The position numbers and the translations under genes are program-made. The notes below the pieces were generated by a model, which did no database searches, had not been told where the DNA came from, and saw only the letters and a list, made by a program, of their open reading frames with translations. This document shows, in pieces, positions 10,089-19,005 of a stretch of 64,000 nt of DNA (positions within the stretch are counted from its first letter, which is position 1; each line of letters starts with the position of its first letter). The stretch is from an uncultured bacterium (GTDB lineage: Bacteria > Oederibacteriota > JAAXVQ01 > JAUVAV01): positions 1,312,001-1,376,000 of the forward strand of contig CAVQBK010000003.1 in assembly GCA_963710755.1 (NCBI GenBank), given 5' to 3'.

Positions 10089-10636
10089 TGGACTTTTACC
10101 GCGTCTATTTTAAAAAGGCTCAACCCCAGGGGCTGTTCAGCGACGGCGGGCCCTTTTACGTGCCCCGCGAATTTCAGGGTCAGGGCAGGCATGACATCAC
10201 TGACGACGGCATCCTTTACGCTTCCGTGGATGCCGTGTCTTCCATTGCCGAAAATTTAAAGCGTTTCATCAACTTAAAACTCAAACCCGATCATTTCGTC
10301 CTGAAAGGGGATTACAAGCTGGCCTTGGCCCGGTTTACCCTGGAGGGGGCCAACATTCTAGATCTGCGTGAAGCCAAGGAAATGGTACGCACCAAGACCG
10401 GACCAGTATCCATTGCCACCCATGATCGGGAAATTACCCAGGCCCTGTCCCGGGCCATGTATCAGCAGGGCGTAGACGGATTCTTGTGGTGGTCCACCTT
10501 GGAAGCCAAATGGACCAATGCCACACTTTTTGAGAACCGGATTAGAAAAAAAGTAAAACTGCAACAATCGGAACTCCTGACCCCGGCTCTGCCGGAAGTC
10601 CGGGCCGCAGCCAAAGCCCTTCATATCCAACTGTAA
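10088..10636 (+). CDS. RES domain toxin
   Basis: FYRV, GQGRHD, LYAS..AVSSIAE, GVDGFLWWS: R, E and S residues present. Confidence 0.8.
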   Translation: MDFYRVYFKKAQPQGLFSDGGPFYVPREFQGQGRHDITDDGILYASVDAVSSIAENLKRFINLKLKPDHFVLKGDYKLALARFTLEGANILDLREAKEMVRTKTGPVSIATHDREITQALSRAMYQQGVDGFLWWSTLEAKWTNATLFENRIRKKVKLQQSELLTPALPEVRAAAKALHIQL

Positions 10637-10682
10637 ATAACAAAGCTTGATAAAATCGCAAGTACATGAAAGGATCATGATC

Positions 10683-11795
10683 ATGAACGTTAACGGCAAG
10701 CATTATCAAAGCGCCTGGTTTGATAGCGACCAAATGGAGCGCCTTACCTACATCGATCAAACCCGCTTGCCCCATGATTTTTGCCTGCGTACCATTACCA
10801 CCAGCGATGAGGCGGCCGTGGCGATCAAAGACATGCATATTCGCGGCGCGATTTTGATCGGCGTATTTGCCGCCTATGCCATGGTACTGGCTGCCCGGGA
10901 GAGCCTTGGTGCCAAAGACATGCACCAAGCCTTGGCCCAGGCAGGCCAAAGGCTTAAAGCCACCCGGCCTACCGCCGTCAATCTGGCCTGGGCCGTGGAC
11001 CAGATGCTCGCGGCCATGAGCCGCGGGGCCAACCAGGAAGATGTGTTTCGATTAGGCAAAGAGACAGCACAAACCATTGCCCAATCGGAAAATCAGGCTT
11101 GCTATCAGATCGGCCGGTATGGCCTTGACCTTATCCGGGCCTTGGCTGGGAAGAAGTCAGGACCAGTCAATATTTTGACTCATTGCAATGCCGGCTGGCT
11201 GGCATGCCTTGATTATGGCACGGCCACGGCGCCGCTTTATGCGGCCCATGATGAAGGTCTCAATATTCATGTGTGGGTGGATGAGACCAGGCCCTGGAAC
11301 CAGGGCGCCCGCCTGACGGCTTGGGAGCTGGGTCAGCATGGTGTGCCCCATACGGTCATTGCCGACAATACGGGCGGTCATTTGATGCAACACGGCTTGG
11401 TGGATATGGTTATCGTGGGCAGTGATCGCACCACCCGTCGCGGCGATGTGGCCAATAAGATCGGTACTTACCTGAAAGCCTTGGCAGCCGATGACAACCG
11501 AGTGCCTTTTTACGCCGCCTTGCCTTGTTCCACCATTGACTGGACCATTGCCGACGGGCTTAAGGAAATACCGATCGAAGAGCGAGGCCAGGAAGAAGTG
11601 AAATACGCCCAGGGCCTGATCGACGGCCGGGTAGATAAGGTGCTGATCACCCCGCCCGGCAGCCCGGCTGTCAATTATGGATTTGATGTGACCCCGGCCC
11701 GGCTGGTCACGGGTATTATCACCGAAAAAGGCATTTACCAGGCCAATGAGCAAGACTTGGGTAAATTGAAAAAAGAAATGGATCATCATGGCTGA
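10683..11795 (+). CDS. mtnA: S-methyl-5-thioribose-1-phosphate isomerase
   Basis: IDQTRLP, TRPTAVNL, LTHCNAGWLA, DETRP..QGARLT, NKIGTY, FDVTP. Confidence 0.95.
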   Translation: MNVNGKHYQSAWFDSDQMERLTYIDQTRLPHDFCLRTITTSDEAAVAIKDMHIRGAILIGVFAAYAMVLAARESLGAKDMHQALAQAGQRLKATRPTAVNLAWAVDQMLAAMSRGANQEDVFRLGKETAQTIAQSENQACYQIGRYGLDLIRALAGKKSGPVNILTHCNAGWLACLDYGTATAPLYAAHDEGLNIHVWVDETRPWNQGARLTAWELGQHGVPHTVIADNTGGHLMQHGLVDMVIVGSDRTTRRGDVANKIGTYLKALAADDNRVPFYAALPCSTIDWTIADGLKEIPIEERGQEEVKYAQGLIDGRVDKVLITPPGSPAVNYGFDVTPARLVTGIITEKGIYQANEQDLGKLKKEMDHHG

Positions 11796-12390
11796 TTCTG
11801 AAGGCATCATCAAATATCATTGTCACTGGCAAAAGGGGGAACCGCTGCCCGTGGAGGCCTGCGCCGGACTTTTGGCAGGTCGTCAGCAGCTGGCAGTGCA
11901 GCGCTATATCGGGGTGGATGATCAAGGGATCGGCTATGGTAACATCAGCCAACGGTGGCAGTCGTCATCACAGTTTTTGATTACCGGTTCCCAGACCGGC
12001 AGCCTTCCTCAATTAACGCCCGCCCATTTGAGCCTGGTCACTGATGTTGATATTGGCCACAATGAGCTGCATTGCCAAGGACCGGTCAAAGCCTCTTCCG
12101 AAGCCATGAGCCATGGCATTATTTATCAGATGAGACCAGCCTGTGACTGTGTCATTCATATTCATGACCGCAGACTTTGGGAGCGATATATGAGTAAATG
12201 GCCCACCACGCCACCTGAAGCCTCCTACGGATCGGTGGCCCTGGCCCAGGCCTTGAAAGCGCTGCTGCAAGTACCCTCCGAGCCTTTTCAGATGATCGTT
12301 ATGGGTGGCCATGAACCGGGTTTGTTGATTTATGGCCAGGCGATAGATAAAACCATTGATTATTTATTGTCTATGGATAAAAACGGTTAA
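11788..12390 (+). CDS. Class II aldolase/adducin family protein
   Basis: GNISQR, LITGS, KASSEAMSH, VIHIH, MGGH. Confidence 0.85.
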   Translation: MADSEGIIKYHCHWQKGEPLPVEACAGLLAGRQQLAVQRYIGVDDQGIGYGNISQRWQSSSQFLITGSQTGSLPQLTPAHLSLVTDVDIGHNELHCQGPVKASSEAMSHGIIYQMRPACDCVIHIHDRRLWERYMSKWPTTPPEASYGSVALAQALKALLQVPSEPFQMIVMGGHEPGLLIYGQAIDKTIDYLLSMDKNG

Positions 12391-12528
12391 AATTTCCTTT
12401 GGAAATATCTGAAAATATAAAAATACGCTAAAAATGATCATATTTTTACCAGTGGTTGTGGTTATTGCCTGGATGAACGGTTAAGCCTAAAAGAAAACCC
12501 CACCTTTCAACAATCGCCACATACCCCA

Positions 12529-12557
12529 TTGACAGGCCTCTGCAACTCTGCTACACT
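12529..12557 (+). promoter_or_regulatory. Sigma70 promoter for the S2P-scpA-scpB-rluB operon
   Basis: TTGACA-17 bp-TACACT with extended -10 TG. Confidence 0.7.
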
Positions 12558-12611
12558 TTCTCAAATTTTGAAAAATCCAATATTTGCAAGCTTTTTTAGG
12601 AGTGCGCTGCG

Positions 12612-13265
12612 GTGAATGAGTCCACTATTTTAAATATTTTAATTTTTTTACCGGGATTGCTGCTCGGTATTGTGGTGCACGAAGTGGCCCATGGCTGGGT
12701 AGCGGATAAGCTGGGCGATCCCACGGCCAGAATGCTGGGCCGCCTTTCCTTGAATCCGGTGAAGCATATTGATCCCTGGGGCACCATTTTTCTTCCGCTT
12801 TTTCTCCTCGTCATGTCCCAAGGCAGCATGGTCTTTGGCTATGCCAAGCCCGTGCCCATTACCTCCAGCAATTTGCGCCATCCCAAGAGAGATCCGCTGC
12901 TGGTCTCCCTAGCCGGGCCGGCGGCTAATGTGCTCATTGCCATGCTGGTGACCCTGATTGCCTGGGTGGGCCATGCTTTTGGGTACACCAACAACCGTGG
13001 TTTTAGTTATGTGCTGCAAGCTGCCATCAATATCAATGTCTTTCTGGCGGCGTTGAACTTGATCCCCATCCCGCCTTTGGACGGTTCCCATATTCTGGAG
13101 GCCATGTTACCCGGTCCCTGGGCCTATCGCTTTCAAAGGATTGCCCCCTTTTCCTTTCTGATTTTAATAGGCTTGTTTGTTACCGGGCTGCTGGGATACA
13201 TTATTATTCCTTTTACCGTATTGATTCGCCTAATCTTGCTGCCTTTTGGCAATCCATTCCTCTAA
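12612..13265 (+). CDS. Site-2 protease (M50 family)
   Basis: HEVAH, LGDPT, AGPAAN, NLIPIPPLDG. Confidence 0.93.
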   Translation: MNESTILNILIFLPGLLLGIVVHEVAHGWVADKLGDPTARMLGRLSLNPVKHIDPWGTIFLPLFLLVMSQGSMVFGYAKPVPITSSNLRHPKRDPLLVSLAGPAANVLIAMLVTLIAWVGHAFGYTNNRGFSYVLQAAININVFLAALNLIPIPPLDGSHILEAMLPGPWAYRFQRIAPFSFLILIGLFVTGLLGYIIIPFTVLIRLILLPFGNPFL

Positions 13266-13316
13266 AGGCGTCAGTTTAACCATCACGGTGTTGGTTAAAA
13301 AGCACAAGGAGTCGCC

Positions 13317-14108
13317 ATGAGTTACCGTTTAAATCTTGAGGTATTTGAAGGCCCTTTTGACCTATTGCTCTACCTCATTAAAAAAGACGAGATCGATATT
13401 TATGATATTCCCATCTCCAAAATCCTAGATGAATTCCTCGCCTATGTAGAGATGATCAAGGAACTGGATCTGGAGATCGCCGGTGATTTTATTCTCATGG
13501 CCTCCACCCTGATGCATATCAAGTCCCGCATGCTGCTGCCCAAAGAATCCCTCGTCCTGGAGGATGGTGAAGAAGTTGATCCCCGGGCGGATCTGGTCCG
13601 GCGCCTATTGGAATATAAACGCTACAAGGAAGTGGCCCATGCCTTGGACAGCCGGGAGCAGAATCAGCGCCAGGTGTTTTGGCGCTTTGGGGGCAAACCG
13701 AGTGATGAGGACCTGGAGCCTACAGAGGATGAACTGGCTTCTCCACAATTTCAGGAAGTCAATTTGTTTGACCTCTTATCAGCTTTCAAAAGGGTGCTGG
13801 CCTATGCCAAACCCGAGTCTTTCCGGGAAATCAACCGGGAAGAGGTCAAGACCAGTCAAAAGATCAATGAGATCCTGGATATGCTGGATGGGGAAAGCAC
13901 CATTGATTTTATGGAACTGTTTTTAAAACAGGAAACCAAGATTGCCATGGTGGCCACCTTTTTGGCCATTTTGGAATTGGCCCGCTTAAAAGCCATTGCT
14001 ATTATGCAGGAAACGGCCTTTGAAAAAATTATTATACGGAGATTGGATGAATTCACCACAGCAGCAAGAGAGGCAACCGTCGGGGCGGAGGAATCAAATG
14101 GATCCTAA
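13317..14108 (+). CDS. scpA: Segregation/condensation protein A
   Basis: FEGPFDLLLYLI, KSRMLLP, DPRADLVRRLLEY, TFLAILEL. Confidence 0.95.
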   Translation: MSYRLNLEVFEGPFDLLLYLIKKDEIDIYDIPISKILDEFLAYVEMIKELDLEIAGDFILMASTLMHIKSRMLLPKESLVLEDGEEVDPRADLVRRLLEYKRYKEVAHALDSREQNQRQVFWRFGGKPSDEDLEPTEDELASPQFQEVNLFDLLSAFKRVLAYAKPESFREINREEVKTSQKINEILDMLDGESTIDFMELFLKQETKIAMVATFLAILELARLKAIAIMQETAFEKIIIRRLDEFTTAAREATVGAEESNGS

Positions 14109-15006
14109 AGAAATCAAACAAATCATTGAATGCATACTCTTTGTAGCGGACAAACCCGTGTCCATCGGCACTATGCAAGGCTTGTTGGAAGAAGTGGAAC
14201 GGCGCACGCTCCTGGAGATCCTCGATGAATTAAAGTCGGAGTATGACTTGCAAGGCCGTGCTTTTCAACTGGTGGAAATTGCCGAAGGCTATCAATTGGT
14301 AACGCGCATCCAATTCGCCCCTTGGATCAGGAAAATGTACAAAACCAGGACAACCAACAAATTGTCCAAAGCCGCTTTGGAGACTCTGGCCATTATTGCC
14401 TATCGCCAGCCCATCACCAAGGCTGAGATCGAAGATATCCGCGGTGTCTCGGCTGACGGTGTGATCAATGCCATGATGGAGCGTAAATTCATTCGTGTGG
14501 TGGGACGCAAGGAGGTGGTGGGCCGGCCGCTGTTGTTTGGCACCACCAAGGAATTTCTACACTATTTCGGGCTGAAAGATCTAACGGATATGCCCGAACT
14601 CAAGGACTTGCAGGACATCCTTAAACAGGAAGATCTGGGTAAGGATTGGGAACTCAACCAACACGGGGAATTGGTGGCCAAAACCCATGGTGGTGATGAT
14701 GACGACAGTGACCAGGAAGCCGCCTTGGTTCAAGAGGATGCAGAGGAAGATACCAGTTCTGAAGAGAATAGCCAGATGGAAACGCAACCTGAGGTTACCG
14801 GTGATCATCCCGATCAACAAGAACAAGGCCGCGAAGAAAAAGATATGACCAGCAACGATGACAAAAGCGAAGCAGAAGCTGATGATGACCGGGCAGACGA
14901 GAATGTCGGTGGCGATGATGTAGTTGCCCAGGACAGCGTTGACCCTGGGGATGAAGAGCCCTTTGTCTCCAAAAGTCAGGATTCTGACGAAGAATCGAAG
15001 TCCTAG
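14098..15006 (+). CDS. scpB: Segregation/condensation protein B with long acidic C-terminal tail
   Basis: LSKAALETLAIIAYRQPITKAEIEDIRGV, GRPLLFGTT..FL..FGL; ATG 14098 overlaps scpA. Confidence 0.95.
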   Translation: MDPKEIKQIIECILFVADKPVSIGTMQGLLEEVERRTLLEILDELKSEYDLQGRAFQLVEIAEGYQLVTRIQFAPWIRKMYKTRTTNKLSKAALETLAIIAYRQPITKAEIEDIRGVSADGVINAMMERKFIRVVGRKEVVGRPLLFGTTKEFLHYFGLKDLTDMPELKDLQDILKQEDLGKDWELNQHGELVAKTHGGDDDDSDQEAALVQEDAEEDTSSEENSQMETQPEVTGDHPDQQEQGREEKDMTSNDDKSEAEADDDRADENVGGDDVVAQDSVDPGDEEPFVSKSQDSDEESKS

Positions 15007-15008
15007 TC

Positions 15009-15929
15009 ATGACTCAGGCCGCATCCAGTGATAATCAGATCCGTCTCAACCGTTATGTTGCAGAAACCGGCGTTTGTTCCCGCCGGGAAGCCGACCAATT
15101 GATCTTTGACGGGGTGGTGACGGTCAACGGTCAGGTGATCAGCGATCCTGGTTTTCGGCTTGACCGGAAAAAAGATGCAGTGAAAATCAAGGGTAAGCGT
15201 GCGTTTCTGCAACCCCTGACCTACCTGTTGCTCAACAAACCACAAGGCGTAGTCTCCACGGTGGATGATCCGGAAAATCGGCCGACGGTGATCCAACTCT
15301 TAAAAAAAATAAAAATACGAGTTTATCCGGTTGGGCGTCTGGACTTCAATACCTCCGGCGTATTATTGTTGACCAATGACGGGGACTTGGCCTTGAAATT
15401 AACGCATCCCCGCTACGGCTTTGAAAAGACCTATCAGGCCAAAGTGCAGGGCATTCCCACAGCACAGGCGTTGATGAAACTTGCCGACGGCGTACGCATT
15501 CCTTCGGCCCCCGGGAAGTTTGAAAAAACCATGCCCGCCCGGGCCCGGCTGTTAAAAGCCGCGGGTAAGCATGCGCTGCTAGAGATCACCTTGCGCGAAG
15601 GCCGGCAGCATCAAGTTAAAAAAATGTGCCAGGCCATCGGTCATCCGGTGGAAAAACTGATGCGGATTAAATTTGGCTTTCTCACGGCCAAAGGCCTTAA
15701 TCCCGGGCAATGGCGTTATCTGACCCCCGAGGAAATCAAAGGCATTAAGCACTATCAACCGGAACCGCTAACACCCAAGAGTGTCGCTGCCAAGTCCGGC
15801 CGTTTGCACAGGCATCCCGGAACCCCTTTGAATACCAAATCCCACCGTAAGGTTGGACCGGCCCGGCGCCGCTCAAATTCAAGCCCGGCCGGCAGCAGAA
15901 AGAAAAAAACTACACCAGGTAAGCGGTGA
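15009..15929 (+). CDS. rluB: rRNA pseudouridine synthase (RluB/RsuA family)
   Basis: S4 domain CSRREAD, YPVGRLD, EGRQHQVKKM; basic tail. Confidence 0.88.
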   Translation: MTQAASSDNQIRLNRYVAETGVCSRREADQLIFDGVVTVNGQVISDPGFRLDRKKDAVKIKGKRAFLQPLTYLLLNKPQGVVSTVDDPENRPTVIQLLKKIKIRVYPVGRLDFNTSGVLLLTNDGDLALKLTHPRYGFEKTYQAKVQGIPTAQALMKLADGVRIPSAPGKFEKTMPARARLLKAAGKHALLEITLREGRQHQVKKMCQAIGHPVEKLMRIKFGFLTAKGLNPGQWRYLTPEEIKGIKHYQPEPLTPKSVAAKSGRLHRHPGTPLNTKSHRKVGPARRRSNSSPAGSRKKKTTPGKR

Positions 15930-15946
15930 GCTCTTTCGTCTATTCT

Positions 15947-16086
15947 GAGATTGTGTCACAATGGGCTTTTTTCGTCATACCGGCGAAAGCCGGTATCCAA
16001 AGGCCGTGACTTTAAAGGCTTTTCTGGATCCTGTTTTGGAGCATAACCGCATGACGATCTGAAAAATAACCTTACGACACAGTCTC
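15947..16086. repeat. Composite MITE/REP-like element
   Basis: Imperfect terminal IRs GAGATTGTGTC...GACACAGTCTC enclosing the hairpin ATACCGGC-GAAA-GCCGGTAT. Confidence 0.6.
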
Positions 16087-16161
16087 TGCAATTAAAGGGG
16101 ATTGTGTAGGGGCACGCCCGGTATTAACAAATGTCTTTGCGCAACAAGAACTGGTTAAACA

Positions 16162-16833
16162 ATGGTGACTAGCATGGATCCTTTTACTTCGTGGTTTGCA
16201 TTAATTAAAAGCAATGGTTTTATCTGGTACCTGCTGACCGCTCTGCTCATGGCCGGTTTGTTTTTTGACCACCTATTTAAAGGTTTTCAGGAATTGACCG
16301 GTCATGATGACGAATTGCTCAAGCAAAGCATAGCCCCGCCACAGGCCAAACCCAAAGCCGCCGTCTCGAATCACTTCGCGCGCTGGCGCATCAACCTTCA
16401 AGACATCGTGGTGGAACTCAAACATAGTACCAGTTGGAGTGCGCAAAAAGAGGGTCAAGCCCTCATGGTGGCTGCCCTCCTGAAAGCCTTAGCCTATGTC
16501 AAGCGCGTACCCCTTCCGGAAGGTAAGCTGGACACCGTGGCTGCTTTTGAGTCTTGGGTCAAAGCCCAGCAGGTTTTTATTATGGTGACCGGTGAAGAAG
16601 CGCAGCGGATCGCCAACCGTGGGCAAGTGGCCTTTGCGCTTTGTATGGGGCAGGAGCAGGAAGCATCCGCGGCTTTGGTCATTCCCGGGGAACTTTATCC
16701 GGGCACCGCTTTTGGAGCCAACAATCCCATGGTCCTCTGGCTGGGCCAGAATACCAGTATGGAACTGCAAGCAGCCGCGGCCTTTGACACGGCTTGTCCG
16801 CCTGAGTATTACGCAGTTAAAAACATGGAGTAA
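16162..16833 (+). CDS. Hypothetical membrane-anchored protein
   Basis: 223-aa ORF with an N-terminal TM helix; stop overlaps the next start. Confidence 0.7.
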   Translation: MVTSMDPFTSWFALIKSNGFIWYLLTALLMAGLFFDHLFKGFQELTGHDDELLKQSIAPPQAKPKAAVSNHFARWRINLQDIVVELKHSTSWSAQKEGQALMVAALLKALAYVKRVPLPEGKLDTVAAFESWVKAQQVFIMVTGEEAQRIANRGQVAFALCMGQEQEASAALVIPGELYPGTAFGANNPMVLWLGQNTSMELQAAAAFDTACPPEYYAVKNME

Positions 16834-17957
16834 TGAGTATGGCGGTCAAAGATGAATTAAAGGATTTTTTGAAATGGTACCAGGTGATCACGCCGGCCGT
16901 GCGAGCGCTTATCATGCTGCTGACGTTTGGCACCGTGCTGATTGTGGCCCATGCCTTGCCGGCTTTGGTGGGGCCCTTAGTGCTTTTCGGGTTTTGGACC
17001 CTGGTTACTTTGGAAAACCGTACCTTGTCTCTGCGCAGCCTGTTATTGGCGGCAGTGGCTGGATTGTTTGTTCTAATGCCTTTGTCCGGACTGGCCAGCG
17101 CTTTTTTATTGTGGTTAATCAACTCTTTTACCGCCAAAGTGTTTCTGGCTACGATGCTTGAAAATCTATGCTTACTGGCTGTGCTGATAGGCCTGATTTT
17201 ATGGCCGCGCAGCCGCCTGCGGATTAGTGCCAGTATTCTGGATTTTGCCATGCTGGGCTTGGCCTTGGGAGCTGGGCTGGAATGGGGCATTGGTTTTTTA
17301 AGCGCCCAGGGAATGGTCTTCATGGGCCCGGCGCTGGGCTTATGGCCTCAATTGCCGGGCATGGTAGGCCATGTCCATCAGCCCTTTGCTGCCACAGCAC
17401 CATCAACAGCGGGACTGCTTCTGGGGTTGCTGGCCGGCTATACACGTTACTTGAGTGGTCCTGACTTGAAGCTCAAATCCGTTAAAACCCTGGTGGCAGT
17501 AGGCCTGGCCTTGGTGGTTTTGCTGTGGATTGCCCTGGAGCGCGCGGCGGTGATGCAAAGCAGCTTGGATTCTACGGCGGCCTTGATTTACCGGATTGAT
17601 TTGAACGGGCGGCTGTTGGTGTACTTAACTTTTAGCCTGGCTGCTCTGACCATGGTGGTGGAATGGCTGCTCGTCAGCAGTCTGCCCGGCATGAATGATT
17701 TTACCGGCACCCTATCAGCTTATCACCAGGCTTGGCATCAAGGCAGCCAGACCACGGTGCGTACACGACTATCTAATATATTGCTTGTGGCCAGAAAACG
17801 GCGGATAGCAAGGCAAATCGCTTTGGCGGAGGACATTAAACCTTTGTTGGCCCCAAAGGATTTGACCTTGGCAGCAGAGCGGATCAGCCGGTTGCAGGCC
17901 ATTTCAAGCGGGAGGAGCAATCAAAGTGAACCTAGCCAAAATTCGCAAGGCCATTGA
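16833..17957 (+). CDS. Multi-pass membrane protein, weakly PrsW-like
   Basis: Many hydrophobic helices; DFAMLGLALGAGLEW resembles a PrsW motif. Confidence 0.65.
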   Translation: MSMAVKDELKDFLKWYQVITPAVRALIMLLTFGTVLIVAHALPALVGPLVLFGFWTLVTLENRTLSLRSLLLAAVAGLFVLMPLSGLASAFLLWLINSFTAKVFLATMLENLCLLAVLIGLILWPRSRLRISASILDFAMLGLALGAGLEWGIGFLSAQGMVFMGPALGLWPQLPGMVGHVHQPFAATAPSTAGLLLGLLAGYTRYLSGPDLKLKSVKTLVAVGLALVVLLWIALERAAVMQSSLDSTAALIYRIDLNGRLLVYLTFSLAALTMVVEWLLVSSLPGMNDFTGTLSAYHQAWHQGSQTTVRTRLSNILLVARKRRIARQIALAEDIKPLLAPKDLTLAAERISRLQAISSGRSNQSEPSQNSQGH

Positions 17958-19005
17958 CCGCATTGACACGCAGATCGTCACGCTGTTAAATAAGCGGGCT
18001 GAATTGGCGGTGGAAGTCTCCAAACAAAAACGTCGAACCAATGCCCCGGTCTTTGCGCCGGACCGGGAAAAATTGCTCCTGGAACGGCTGCGCAAAATAG
18101 GCCGGAGCGGTCCCTTGCCGGTGGAAGCACTGCAGGCCATCTACCGCGAGATTATTTCCGCTTCCATCGCCTTACAGATGCCGCAACGCATCGCCTTTTT
18201 CGGTCCTGAAGGCACCTTTACTCATCAGGCCGCGCTCGAACAGTTCGGATCCAGTCCCCATTATCTGCCTTCTAAAACTATTACGGATGTGTTTCGTGAA
18301 GTGGAGCGGGGCAGAGTCGATTATGGAGTGGTGCCAATTGAAAATTCCACGGAGGGTGTTGTCAACCACACTCTGGATATGTTTATTGACAGTGAAGTCA
18401 AGATCTGTGCGGAAATTTCCCTGCGCATTGCTCAGAATCTTTTGTCACGGGAACACCATCGCAGGTTGGTCACCAAAATCTACAGCCATCCCCAGCCGCT
18501 GGGGCAATGCCGTTTATGGTTGGAAGGCAATATGCCGGAAGTGAAAATTGAGGAAGTCTCCTCCACGGCCAAAGCCGCGCTGATGGCCTTGAAGACCAAG
18601 GGCAGTGCGGCCATTGCCTCCAAAATTGCCGCCCGGCTCTATGGATTGAAGATCCTGGAAAAGGATATTGCCGATACCAAGGATAACCGTACCCGCTTTT
18701 TGGTGATTGGCAATCATTGGGCAGCCAATGCCACAGGCCATGACAAGACTTCGGTCATGCTGGCCATCAAAGACAGCGTGGGCGCTTTGCACAAAATCCT
18801 GCGGCCCTTTTCCAACAATCACGTTAATCTGACCAGCATTGAATCCAGGCCGTCTCGTCAGAAAGCCTGGAATTATACTTTTTTTATTGATTGCGAAGGG
18901 CATATTAATGACCTTAACGTTAAAAAAGCCCTGAAAGCCTTAAAGCCCAAAACCTCCTTTTTAAAAGTTCTCGGGTCCTATCCACGGGGGGAGCAAAAAG
19001 CATGA
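17926..19005 (+). CDS. pheA: Chorismate mutase/prephenate dehydratase
   Basis: IRKAIDRID, GPEGTF, VPIENSTEG, SHPQPLGQC, NRTRF, IESRPS. Confidence 0.96.
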   Translation: MNLAKIRKAIDRIDTQIVTLLNKRAELAVEVSKQKRRTNAPVFAPDREKLLLERLRKIGRSGPLPVEALQAIYREIISASIALQMPQRIAFFGPEGTFTHQAALEQFGSSPHYLPSKTITDVFREVERGRVDYGVVPIENSTEGVVNHTLDMFIDSEVKICAEISLRIAQNLLSREHHRRLVTKIYSHPQPLGQCRLWLEGNMPEVKIEEVSSTAKAALMALKTKGSAAIASKIAARLYGLKILEKDIADTKDNRTRFLVIGNHWAANATGHDKTSVMLAIKDSVGALHKILRPFSNNHVNLTSIESRPSRQKAWNYTFFIDCEGHINDLNVKKALKALKPKTSFLKVLGSYPRGEQKA

